NCBI RefSeq assembly: GCF_023055435.1
Contig: NW_025964383.1
Location: forward strand, 9,858,001 to 9,922,000
Direction of reading: 5' to 3'
DNA: 64,000 nucleotides
From: Haliotis rufescens
Taxonomy: Eukaryota
Position 1 is the stretch's first letter. Every line of letters starts with the position of its first letter. Positions 41,601-54,776 of this stretch are shown here, piece by piece. The notes under the pieces are model-generated. The model did no database searches, was not told the origin of the DNA, and saw only the letters and a list, made by a program, of their open reading frames with translations. The position numbers and the translations under genes are program-made.

Positions 41601-43504
41601 ACACGTTTGGAAATGGCTGTTTTCGGATTAAATGGGTGCGGGACTAACGATGTTTTGTTGCAAGAGAGTGTGCGGATGCACTAACCTCTTAGCCACTGAC
41701 CCCGTCGGAGGGTAACTTATGTGCACCTAATTTTATCAGTTAAGTGAAGGAAAATGATATAAGTAGCCTTTTCATTTCATCTGCTGACCTCTGGTTACAT
41801 GTAATCACATAACCTTTTGTTTGCAAGTATGTATATTTTATTATTTGCAAACAACTTCCATTGTTTGTTGGCTTTCGTTCATTATATGTGAATTGGGTTT
41901 TGCAACAACATTTTATGTACGACTTCGTCATACCGGTCAACTCAATGCGGTCGAGAAGCTCAAACTGACGAAAAAACGTAGTTTTATGTGGCAGAATAAA
42001 AATTTAGTAAATTTGTTTGTCGTTATTGTCGGTAGCAGTAACTGTCGGAAACGTTGGTAAAATGTGAAATGCTGTTGTGGAAGAGATTAGAGTTATCTAC
42101 CGCTGCTTTGTGACAAACATGACCGAATGGAAGCATTTAACAGTATCAAAATTCAAGACATTGGTGATGCTTTAACTCATGTTAAGCCATGTTATTTGTA
42201 CACGAATTTGTCCCATGGTATTGCCTTGTTATATTGCAAACCTACCACTAATTCATTGATTATTCATTGATCTTGAGTGGACACTTACAGATTCTGCGTT
42301 TTATTTGGGAAATCACCTAGTACCACAAGGTCGTAGAAATTAATATGGTGTTTCACCGCCAAGCAGTAGTTCTTGGGTCGGCAAATAAGCGCAACGACAC
42401 TGCCAATTGTGTCACAGAAATATGATGCATGTGATGACATAAACCATTTCTTTATGAATATGATGTGTCATCTATTTGATGATAAGCACAGTACACAGCA
42501 ATATTCCATCGATATAATGGTTGTTTTTAAACAATCGATACTGGCACAGACAAACCGGTAGTAAGTGCCTAGATCCACACGGTGACAAGCAATCAACTAA
42601 ATTTAGACTTACCGATGAACACACTGTGTGTACAAATCAGGTAAGTAATGCTTGTGGGGAAGATAGCCATTACCGTTGCTCCAAGCATCACTGTCTTCCT
42701 GACGCCAAGGTCTACCAGGACATGCATGGATATGAGCGCTGGAACAGGAAACCGTATTATGTGGATGCTTTCAATACCTATGCGGATATCCACTACGATA
42801 CACATACAGGTGATACCTAAAATACAACACATGTGACCAACCATGTAATAAAGAACCTTATGGGTTAAAAATCACAATTTGACACAACTGTGGTATCTTA
42901 GGACTACAAGAAACACAGTTTATAAGCTTCGATTCATATTCATTACAGAGATACATTACTTCAAACATTTCATTTTCTGCTAAGTCCCATTTTCAGACTT
43001 AAAACTGTTTATAGAACGATAGCAGTTTTTAGATACCATGTCTTATTGATCGGAAGTATGCAGGTATACTGATATGGTTTGGAATAATGTTTCATAACAT
43101 TACGAACAAACGAGAGAAAAAAAAAAAGTTTTATAGAGTGAACACATGTACACAAGGTGATTTTCACGAAATTACGTTGACGTCAAAAGTTTTCTTATAA
43201 AGTCACAGCATAAATGTACTATAAACCCGCTAGCATCATCCATGACCAGCCTTGATCTATGGAGAGATGACTGTCATCAGTTCCATCCGTCTGGACATCC
43301 GTAGTTTTTGAAACAGGCGTCTCCACGTGTCCCTATTCACCGACGTTGCGTTGGTGTATCTTAGCAAGCCTGTTCCGGACAAATGCATCCTCTTCTTCAT
43401 TGCTGTTTGCTCCAATAATATCGATGCTAAAATCCTCCACCGAGGCGTTCAGGTCCGCCTGCAGTCCCACACCGGTCCGCTGGCAACCCTTCATCATAAT
43501 CCAT
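38695..43504 (-). pseudogene. Pseudogene E, decayed copy of gene C; remnants of exon 1 (43504-43227), exon 3 (42738-42613) and exon 4 (39708 to about 38695); exons 2 and 5 deleted
   Basis: 8-bp frameshifting deletion in exon 1 near 43441; 21 bp missing from exon 3; exon 4 broken into ORFs 39449-39724 and 38704-39294; flanks are colinear with gene C. Confidence 0.9.
39996..41480 (-). mobile_element. Second, distinct Tc1-family transposon with frameshifted DD34E transposase (ATG 41174 to about 40152), in intron 3 of pseudogene E
   Basis: Inverted repeats AAGAAACTGTGCACGGAGAAAATATA (40003-40028 / 41442-41467), outer part of the left TIR partly deleted. Motifs RSGRPR, FTDESRF and HQDNARPH...SPIEHVW with 34 residues between D and E. 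Confidence 0.9.
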
Positions 43505-44119
43505 TTGGACAAATGGTCTGTGTCGTACGTATTCTCTGCTCGTGAAACCTCTCACCTTTGTACCTTCACTATCAATGAGGCCAAAATGTACGGCATTCAT
43601 CATTATCAGTACATGTTTGTTCACTGAGGAAATACAAATTTTGAAAGTCACATTAGAACATTCACAGTGTTTAAGAAATATATGACGAGTGGGAGTTGTT
43701 TATAGTACAATAAAACACTACAGGGAGAATAAACCATGCGGGGTGCAGCCCCGAGTAAGTGTTTTCTCCCTGTAGATCAACAAGGACGACGAGTCGTTTG
43801 TTTCTTGTATGAGATATCTACATTTTGTACAGCCCTTTTAGGTATGTTGATAAAAAGGACAAGCTTTAAAAATTTTAACCCAAATTTTAAAAAGGATGCC
43901 TTCCTGAATAGAATCCGAACTCGGAAATATCGGACAAGTCCGTTCACTGGTGGGTTAAGTTTGGTATTTCCCGCATATTCGCACAATCCTCAAGTCGATT
44001 ATCTTTACCTTTTCTCCTTCCTTCTCAAAACTAACTTCAACTAAATGACGTTATCTACAAGTATAATTACAAAGCTGCACTGATTTGAGTTGTCTACTGT
44101 CTACGTTCAATGCCTATGA

Positions 44120-44276
44120 GTGAGTGAGTGAGTATGGTTTTACGCCGCTTTTAGCAATATTCCAGTGGGAGGGACACCAAAAATTGGCTTCACACGTTGT
44201 ACCCATGTCGGGAATCGAACCGGGGTCTTTTGCGTGACGAGGGAACGCTTTAACCACTAGGCTACCCGACCGCACC
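44120..44276 (-). mobile_element. Family-1 SINE
   Basis: 13-bp TSD TCAATGCCTATGA (44107-44119 / 44277-44289); empty paralogous site near 27845. Confidence 0.9.
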
Positions 44277-45507
44277 TCAATGCCTATGAATGTCTTATGA
44301 TGAAGTGTCTGGTAAGTCATCCCTATATCATCATAGGATCTATTTTAAGTGTAATATGTAAATGTGTTTATTCATTATCCCAAAGAAATTTTGGATTTCA
44401 TTAGCACAAGGTTTCAGCTTATTGTTAAACATATTCACAAATAAACAATCAAGAGCTACAAAGACCTTTCCATATTTATAAGAAATATTTGTCGATTGTT
44501 CGATTCCGATTATGAGCTTGTATTTATAAATCACTATCAAATAGTGATGTTACCAGGTGTTCGTGAAAATGTAATCGTTCCCTGTCCCACCGGCGTCAGG
44601 TACGAGTCAAAATAGGGAATTGCATCAAACATAATTTTTATACTGATGCGTCAAATTTGGAAATGTCCTCCACAACTCTACCATAAAACCTAAAAGCTTT
44701 ACTGAGACCTTGAAACAAACAAACGTTAACATCATTATCATTAAATGTGGCACAAGCGATTTTAAACGCAGCAATTCTTAACACGAAACTTATTATAAAA
44801 CCTGGTACTAGCTGGTATGAATGACCTGTTTGTTTTCAACATCAGCAAATGTTTTTTTGGCGTTTTCGGATGAAGTTGATACTCTGAAAGTAAAATTTTT
44901 ATCGCATTGTCTTGTATTTGCTTCATTAACTATTTGCGCCTCATAAAAACTGCCTGAATGACCGTTTCAATACACATACACGATTATCTCAGGCTTTCAA
45001 CAGTTTTTTATATCGGAGGGTGGGAAGGACATTATTTTGTTTGAGTAATGAGACAATGGGGGAGTATGAAACGGCAAGTGACCTTTAATCTGTTCGTGGC
45101 TCCTTAAATACTGTGGGTAGGTTGTCTAGCTATATAAGAAACATGACATGCACATATCTGTTCCATAGCCTCCATTGTATTTTGAGCAAATGCTAAAATC
45201 GTCCTGAAATAACATATCAGCGATTTTCAATTCTGACTGGTCCATTAAAGCAATAACACCTTACCTTATCCAATTTTGTGCAGAGTAGTATAACGTCATA
45301 CATTATTAATGATAATGTATCACAAACTGATACAAATACGTCACCCAAACAATAGGCTGTCTTCAGTGATGGTTCATTTTAGAGTTAACGTTTCATACGT
45401 TTTTCTCTTCATTTTCATTCATCAATGACACAGAGTAATGTATAGAATATTCAATTATGGAGTATACTACACCATTCATTCACAACAGACAGCTAATAAA
45501 TAACACT

Positions 45508-45511
<4 letters not shown>

Positions 45512-45576
<65 letters not shown>
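45512..45576. repeat. (TA)n microsatellite downstream of the gene F stop
   Basis: Direct; only about (TA)4 at the paralogous site in D. Confidence 0.95.
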
Positions 45577-45578
<2 letters not shown>

Positions 45579-45784
45579 CTTCCCGGCGGCATATGAATAC
45601 ATCAATAGTTGTATCATTTGAGTTATAATTATTATAACATAAAATGCCAGTTTGACAAATTTAAATATAAACATAACACTCGCACATAATATAAAGATAC
45701 GAGTGCAATGCACAGACATGTGGCATGTGTATCAGTAAAACAGTTTATTCAACGTTTATAGATGCACAACACGTTCATGATACA

Positions 45785-48700
45785 TCAGTTGCCTTTCAGT
45801 GGTCGGTTTTCTTCAATGTTCTTATGGGAGCTCTGTGACTTCATTCTGTTCGCCCGACCTCTGACGAGCGGTACACAAAGTAGACATATTGCAGCTATGA
45901 AGTTACATATTCCAATGTAGGTGAAACAAAGGTTGTATGAACTGGTCAGGTCACGGATTGTCCCTGTAACAACAATACACAGCAGGACATTAGAGTAACA
46001 ACGTTGTCAGATTTGAACAAAGATTTTAAACGTTCCATTTAACAATAGCTAATACAGTCTAACATAACCAGTTGTGATACTAAATAAAATGGATTTAAGT
46101 AATTAAACGCCTAACCCAGCAATATAATTTTAACACTTCTGACTAAATTATTAACTCGGGTAATAATGACAACATATTCCGAGACAAGGCAGTTAACTGT
46201 CTATAAAAGTCAAGTTTCCACCCTAGCTGAACCAGTGGCTATAACGAGTTATGTCATTTCTATGTCCCTCATATTGACAAATTGGACTTCACCTCTTCTA
46301 TAACTTGCATTTGCTTCGGTGTCTAGTCAAGACGATCCTATAAAGTTAATCGAAGAAAAGTCTCAGACACCAAGTGCATGTGGAATGTAGCACGTTGAGA
46401 GGTGTAGTACCCGTTGATTATAAACATGAACAAATTAGAAAGCATCTGCCAACGCCCAGACGGTACACATGCTTTGCAAATTCTGGAGTGGACCAAACAC
46501 GACAGTCGCCATGTTGTTTACGAACATGATGTCGATTTTGTTATGCGTCAAACGTTGTTCAAACGTCCAGCCTACTTCAGTAAGGTGGAAACTGGACTGT
46601 TATAGTCAGTAATGTCCGTTGCTTCGGGAAGATGTGATGACAAGCAATCAGACAAATCACTGTGCCTGACCGTATTTACAACTGAAGTATGTCAGCACAT
46701 TCGTATATTAAGACCTGACTTCAATCTGTTTCGTTTTTGGATGTATAAACCTAAAACCTGATGTGAACCTTGTAAATTCGAATAGCTTCAGACAGACCTC
46801 TTGGTATTTAATGAATATCACCAGATTGTAGTCGAAATTGGTGACATAGTTCAGCGCAAGAACGTATCGCAAGCCCCACCCACCTTATTATCAGTGAATA
46901 TATTTCTGTATTTTGCATGGTTTAGTGTATAGACGGTTCGTGCTTGTGTACAAGCTGAATTCCCCTACGTTGATCAATGTTACTACTGTATGTACGTTTA
47001 ACAGTGCTGTTGAGCCAATAACTCCATGAATGCTGATGGTCCATTTCAACATAACATTAATAACATAAAATACAGAATGAGGATCTTACCCATGATCGGA
47101 TGCGTCACGGATGTGGCTAAACCGTGGAACACAGCTAAAAATCCAAGAACCTTCGCCATGTATTCAAGTCCCATGAAGTCGACAATGGCAACAGGAATAA
47201 GGCAGTGATAAAAACTGCCAAAGAGTCCGACAGTGACGGAGAATACGACGAGAAGAGCATACGTGTTGAAAAAATAGACAAACTGTGTTGCCATTCCAGA
47301 TATCAGCATTCCTATAATCATCAAATGATTAACTTTGATGTATTTGAGATCGGCGACGAACCCGACAGCAAGTCTGCTGAAGAAATCCAGAACATACGAC
47401 AAAGTCAACAAATATGCTGCATCTGCTTGTGAGATGCCCTTTTCCTTTACCAGGGCAGGAAGATAGATTCCAACCAATCTAAATATGATGCCAAAATGAG
47501 CACATGCAACAATCAACTGAAACATTGGTTGCTTGAACAAGGAAATGTCAAATACTGATAATGCTCGTTTCACATACATGCCACAACCTTTGGCTTCTTT
47601 TGATTCCTGTTCATTGTCAAATAATTCGGCATTAACTTCTGTAATATCCACCATTGACATTGATGTCAAATCTAGGTTACTTGTGTACAATCTAATCTGG
47701 CTTTCTGAGAGGGAATCTACTTGTGATTCAATGCTGACAACTGATTCTGGTCTTGTACTTTTGCAGATTATTGCACTTGTCTGTCCCTTTCCTCTGTTTG
47801 ATTGACTCGCAAATGAGACCACTGCTTGTCCACCATTAACACAAGTTAGTTCCTTAAAAGAACATACTCGAACCACATCATGTTCATTCCCATGTTTTTC
47901 AATGCCATGTCTTTGGTGATGTTTTCGCCCCTCACCCATGACAGATGGGTTTTTTGGTATCCTATTATGAAAGAAACTTAATGGTCTAAACAAAGCAGCC
48001 CCGACCCACATGTTCATTGTCAGTCCTGTTAGGATCAACATACTTCCTCTGACACCATATTCATCTAATAAGAAACGAACGAGGGGTGGGAAAACGCTGC
48101 CCCCAATACTAATTCCAGACATGGCAACTGCTGTGGCAATGCCTCTTCTCTTCTTGAAGTACTTTCCGATCAATACCAATGCTGGAGCATGAATCATGGA
48201 ATGCCCTATACCTGAAAGTATATTATTCATTGTCAAATATAAATTGATGTTTTCTTCAAGATAATGTCTATGAAGCTTTATGTCTCTTTCTCATGCCAGA
48301 ATTCTATGCTCGTTTTTCCAGTATATTTCTAAATGTTTAAGCCCTGCATCACTTTGTTACGCTGTTGCATCACTGAACTATTTTTTACAGAGTGTGTCCC
48401 ATTTATTCAAGCCTTCAGTGAAATCATACATTTAGGAATAAGGTGCAGGAGTAAACAGTTTATATGCATATATGTATAGATAATGATCATATAAAGGGGC
48501 TTCAAGTTAAAAAATCCCATATGGATGCATTCACTTGAGCCATCAATTATTTTTTTGTGCTATTATGGATTCCTGAACATGTATAGTTTACGCACCAGTG
48601 AGAATACTGTGAGTGCAGATGAGGTATGTAATACTGGTGGCGAAAACTCCTGTCAGCATTCCTACAACTGATATTGTCCCACCAAGAAGTACAGTCTTTC

Positions 48701-49686
48701 TCTCCCCAAGCAGTTGCAGAATTATGTTCATCGATATGAGAGCTGTTGACATACAGAACATGGTTGTGTCAAAATAGGGAAAATTCGTACACTGTATATA
48801 TATCATGTACCAAAATAATCCCTCTCGTATATATTCTGACCCTTGTGGTCTGACCCTTGTGGTCGTACAAATTATATATATATATATATATATAAAGTAT
48901 CATTATAACAATATATTCATGTCCATTTTGTATCAGTATTCTTCGAAGAACACGATGATGTCTTTCTTTACCAATATAGTTTACATTTGCACGTATTGTT
49001 TAATACTCACAACTTATACTGTACGTCGCTGCCATCACACCCATGAACAAGGTTGTTTTTGTGGCAGATGCCTCGAATTCTTCCAAGTATGCCACAAAGA
49101 ACATGGCAACGGACCGTCCATATCCAGCCATTAAAATAACATTCAGGAAACTCCCTGGAGAAGGTCAAAATACAACGTGGTATCAGTGATTACCAAGGCG
49201 TGTTTTTTTAAATAATTTAATTGTTTTCAAAATGCAAGAGGAAGAGACACATTTAACCCAGAATTCTTAATCTTAAGATTCAATACCCAATAGAATGATT
49301 ATGACAGAATACTATATCTTATACTCTGACAAACATATTTGTCTCTGTTATCTGGATGGACGTAGAAATATGCACAATCGATCACCTGCTAACACTACCC
49401 AAGCCCATCCACGATCGATAGGTACACCACCATCCTCTTGCTCTGGTTTACTGTCATCTGGTAGCTCGCCATTACCACCATCATGCAACATGTTCTGCTT
49501 CTCGGCATCTCCTCCAGCTCCAGTCCCACCTTCTTCTGTCACCGTTCCCAACAAACTGTCTCCCCCATCGACCGCCTCTCCCGTCTTCGGCACAAACAGT
49601 TTTCCGTTGTTTGTATCTGGTGTCATAACTAGATGTTCGCTTCTGTCAATTTCGTTCTCCCGACACGTTTTTGATTCTTGTGTCAT
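45785..49686 (-). CDS. Gene F, SLC16/MCT family transporter (paralog of D), 630 aa; exons 49686-49386, 49154-49011, 48742-48596, 48211-47090, 45963-45785
   Basis: Exon lengths identical to D (301/144/147/1122/179), GT-AG junctions, open frame. Confidence 0.92.
46173..46634. mobile_element. Same MITE, paralogous position in gene F
   Basis: Same TIRs; 9-bp TSD TAATGACAA / TGATGACAA. Confidence 0.75.
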
Positions 49687-50157
49687 TTTTACTGTGATAG
49701 TATATCGGACCTATATAATTTATGAAACTGCATTTACACAATACCAATGTGACACTTTCCTAGAAAGTGAACGTGGCTGCTTGTAACTATCAGTGATTGT
49801 GTGAATGTAGTTTAAGGCTGCAAAAACAAACATTCCATATAAATAACTGTAAACAGTATGGACGGTATGATTATTGAAAACACGAAGAACGATCCACGTC
49901 ATCAAGTCTCGATGGTAAACAATCAACCAAGTAACAGAGCCTTTCCACCTGATACCCATGTCAGTTTCTACCACAACACATAAGGTACTTTCACCTATTA
50001 TGATCCGAAATCCGTACAAGCCTGTATGTTACACGAATATCTAGCAACGCAAGAGTCAGATACAATGCATACCTGTCATCTTCACCACGATAATATTGTG
50101 TAACCAGATAATACGTGTCTGTGCTTGTGTATAGTCACAAAGTGTCTTCACAGACTA

Positions 50158-50324
50158 AGTGAGTGAGTGAGTATGGCTTTACACGGCTTTTAGCCATATT
50201 CCAGCAATATCACGACGGGGGAAACCAGAAATTGGCTTCACACGTTGTACCCATGTCGGGAATCGAACCCGGGTCTTCGGATTGACGAGGAAACGCTTTA
50301 ACCACTAGGCTACCCGACCGCCCC
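50158..50324 (-). mobile_element. Family-1 SINE upstream of the gene F CDS
   Basis: Paralogous to the 34445 copy. Confidence 0.85.
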
Positions 50325-53300
50325 TTATAGTCTGGAAATGCTCAAAATGTACACACATGAAGAGAATGTGAGTGACCTACATATATATATATTCAGTGAC
50401 TGACGGCCACACACACACTCTCTTATCGCCAAGCCGATAACACACGTGGTACAATCGAAATGGCGGCCTACTGTTAGGGTCAGAGATTAACAATACCTCG
50501 TCAGCCTAAAGTAACAAGCTCGGACATAATCGTTGCAGTTGTTTGTCCGTCACAATGCATTGCTCTAGTTGTTACTTTCAGCTTTTTGAAGGTTGCAGTA
50601 TCGTTGTCTGTTTCATGAAATCAGTCAAGTTTATTGTATTGTCTTTTGATTGAACTCTTTTTAGAGTGTCTTCCAACACTCACGTGATTTGTTCACTTTA
50701 TATATTGTGAGCATCGTTTTTATAATTTACGTCGACTCAGTGCGTAGAGTATAACATCTCGTATTCATATTATCATTATTAACAAAGTAAATAATATTTA
50801 GTTCTTTACTAACTCTTACATGCGCATTGTTTAATAGCATAGTAATATGCGAGAGGATATTTTCTTTTCTACCAAATGTCACTGGTATAATCACAAACGG
50901 GGTAAATTCCTGAGAAGGAACATATAACACGTCACAGACACAAGACACCACGAATCTTTGTCTAGTATAAAGGTACTTAATACAAATTTACCTCATATAA
51001 CACGAAGCTCACCTGTATGTGTCGTCTAAAAGTATTTTTTGTTCTGCCACGCCTCCACTGATGAAAAAGCTCTGACAACGCTGAGCAAGATGTCCAACGT
51101 GCTATTTATAGGTAAACCGTTTGCCCTAGTGTCCGATAACTGGAAATATTTGTGTGAAATGGAGTTTAACGTCGCGTTAAAGACTATTCTCTAAAAAAGA
51201 CTCCAATGCAGTCTTTGAACATCGTCCTTGTAATACCGAGCGCCAAGCGAATGGGAACAATATATAGCCATTATTTTTTTCACGGAATGTAGTTGTAATC
51301 AAATTCTGCCTATAATAGCATATGAATAACATCCAACTAAATACACATGCCTTACAATCTAACCATCATTCGCATTTGAAAGGCCGTCTTTTTAAAAGGG
51401 TGAGTTCCCCAAATAAGTTACCCTCTTTCCCGAAATTCGACGCTAATCCATACGTTCCCTTTGCAAATATTTAGCATACGGTCATATGACATTTTGGTCG
51501 GGCTTGCAATCATGATGAGTGGTTACTCTTGCCAATATCGATCACATTGCAGTGAGTCAGTATGGTTCTACCCCGCTTGTGCCATATTCCAGGAATAACA
51601 CGACGAAATGGTCTTCACACATTGTACCTGTTTCTGTAATGGGACCCTGACCTTCGACTTAACGAGCCAACACAAAGGGCCACACTACTAACCATGTAAC
51701 AAAACAAAATGTTTAACGGTTTAACACTATTGTCCTTCAGTGACCACACGAACTGGTAACTAGTATTAAAATTAATTATATATGTACGTCCATCATTTGG
51801 AAAGGTTTTCACGAATTTGTATGCTACGTGGGTTAAAGGGATAGCTTACAAGGTTTTACAAAGGTCATCGTCTCACTGATTCATTGGACCAGTTGATGGC
51901 CATTTCGAGTCCACTCTCATAGCATACATACATGGGATGGGGTCGAAATTGATATGACTCCAGATCATATATCAAGCATAACGAATGTGCCACTGAACCT
52001 GTTGTGGAAGGTTGCGTCCTTTAGAATCTAGCTTTGGTTGAATGAATTCCAGGTTGCAATTACTTCATACACCATTCCTTATTTCGGATTAAAGTGTTTT
52101 CACTGTACAACAGTTTATAACTGGGTATTGGCAGGACGTCAACTTGTTGACCAAAATTATTCCCATGGTGTCCAAGTGCGGTATTCTTTGATGCTTGGTC
52201 CGCTGGGCTGTTGTTGTTTTAACTGGGAAACCATCTTGTTCTCGAGAGAAGTTACCATGAGCGTGAGTAAACTCGCAAAATGTCATGCCGTGAGTGATGT
52301 TTCATATTGTTTTAGTGAGCGATATGATTTGAGAATATACCCGTTCAATGTTTGACTGTCATGGCAGATTTTACGCTGTATACAACAATCAACAACCGTA
52401 TGCTATGAGCATCCAGACATTCTTACATTTGTGTGCCATATTAACGTAATAGAAGATTTCAAATCCAACGTGACTGTTTCTGGTATGAACTATACAAATT
52501 GGTTGTAGATGGTAATTTCTACTTCGATGTTAAATTTTTGTATGAAACAAGTTGGTCAAGAGTTTCTGAAATTGTCATTTTATTGAAATTAACGAATGAA
52601 TTTTATATTCATGGTTGCGTAAAGTTGCGCGATGTCACCAACCTTATGATCTTTTTTTTCGTAATGACTTGGCTGACGTTATTAACGACCTAAAGTGGGG
52701 TATTACCATTCTGAGTACGATCACACGAGGTTTGGTACACGATTACCTAGAGTGAGATGGGTGTGTATGTATGTTGGGTGGGGAGGAGAGTGGGGCTGCA
52801 TGTATGCGGGTATGAGTATGGATACATGCAGCAGATTGGAATATATCGATGATTTTGTTTTCAATTTTAGTGTTTCTATTATATATTTATACATCGTTTA
52901 ATATTCTTAAAGCCTTTTGTGTCTCATAGGTCATGTTGATCGGGCATTGTAATATCTACCTAAAATGTATATGACACTTAAATAAAGATCACTATCTTTT
53001 TCTTCTTCCGTAACCAAACATCTAACTTGGTAGGCACTTAATTATTTACTCTTTGCTTTGGCGACGACCTCCTTCTTACTCATGACGACATCTTTTAATG
53101 ATTATTTAACACAAAGTGTATGACGAAATAAAACTCCTTATTCCAGATTTATGACAATATCACTTGGATTAATCGTTCCAAATCGTTTCTGACAGATATG
53201 ATGACTAAAAAAAGAGACAAACATAAAGTGTGTTGAAAGGAGGAGGTAACATCAGGTCCCTTTTTCTGAAAAAAAACGAACAAAATTTAAAGTTCTGATA

Positions 53301-54776
53301 AATATTAATCAAATTTAATACATAATTAATGCTCTATGGTATCAATTTCCCTAAGTCGACAGGCACGTGTGATCACATTTTGGATTCAGAAGGAAACCGA
53401 AACATCCACAAGATTTCAGTAATTCAGTCCAATTGAGCAATGTAAGCAATTTGCAGATAACACACAGAAGCCGCATTGTGATATGTGGTCAAGAGGCAAA
53501 CATCTTCTGAAAAACATCTTCTGAAACATCTTCCAAAAGTAAAGTTCAATATGGTAAAGTTTATGCTTAGTTTATATAACAAAGCTCTTGATGTTTAATC
53601 AGATGGGTATTTACACGAAACGTATCATAAAACCTGGCAATGGGAAGTTAATTATAATCCAAAAAAATACACGAGGTACGAGTCAAAATAGGGAATTGCA
53701 TCAAACATTATTTTTATACTGATGCGTCAAATTTGGAAATGTCCTCCACAACTCTACCATAAAACCTAAAAGCTTTACTGAGACCTTGAAACAAACAAAC
53801 GTAAACATCATTATCATTAAATGTGGCACAAGCGATTTAATACGCAGCAATTCTTAACACGAAACTTATATTATAAAACCTGGTATAAGCTGGTATGAAT
53901 GACCTGTTTGTTTGCAACATCAGCAAATGTCTTTGGCGTTTTCGGAAGAAGTTGATACTCTGAAAGTAAAAATTTATCGCATTGTCTTGTACTTGCTTCA
54001 TTAACTATTTGCGACTCATAAAAACTGCCTGAATGACCGTTTCAACACACATACATGATTATCTCTGTCTGTCAAGAGTGCTTAACTTTCAACAGTCAAT
54101 TATATTGGAGGGTTTGTTGTTTTTTTTGTTTGAGAAATGAGACCATGGGGGAGTATGAAACGGCAAGTGACCTTTAATCTATTCGTGGCTCCTTAGTAAT
54201 GTGGGTAGGTGGTCTAGCTATATAAGAAACATTACATGCACATACCTGGCTCCGTACTATAGCCTCCATTGTATTTTGAGCAAATGCTAAAATATTTCCG
54301 AAATGACATTTCAGCGATTTTTAATTCTCACTTGTCCATTAAAGCAATATGACCTTACTTTATCCAATTTTGTGCACAGAAGTATAACGTCATCCATTAT
54401 TAATGATAATGTATCACAAACTGGTACAAATACGTCACCCAAACAATAGGCTGTCTTAAGTGATGGTTCATTCATCAGTTACACAGAGTAATATATAGAA
54501 TACTCTATTATGGAGTATGCTACAACATTCATTCTCAGCTAATAAATAACACTGGACACGTATATGGGTTTCCCAATGACAAATGAATACATCAAAAGTG
54601 GTATTATTTGTGTTATACATATTATAATACATAAAATGCCTGTTTCACAAATTTAAATATAAACATAACACTCGCACATGATATAAAGATACGAGTTCAA
54701 TGCACAGACATGAGGCATGTGTCTTTGTAAAACAGTTTATTCAACGTTTATAGATGCATAAAACGTCCTTGATACA

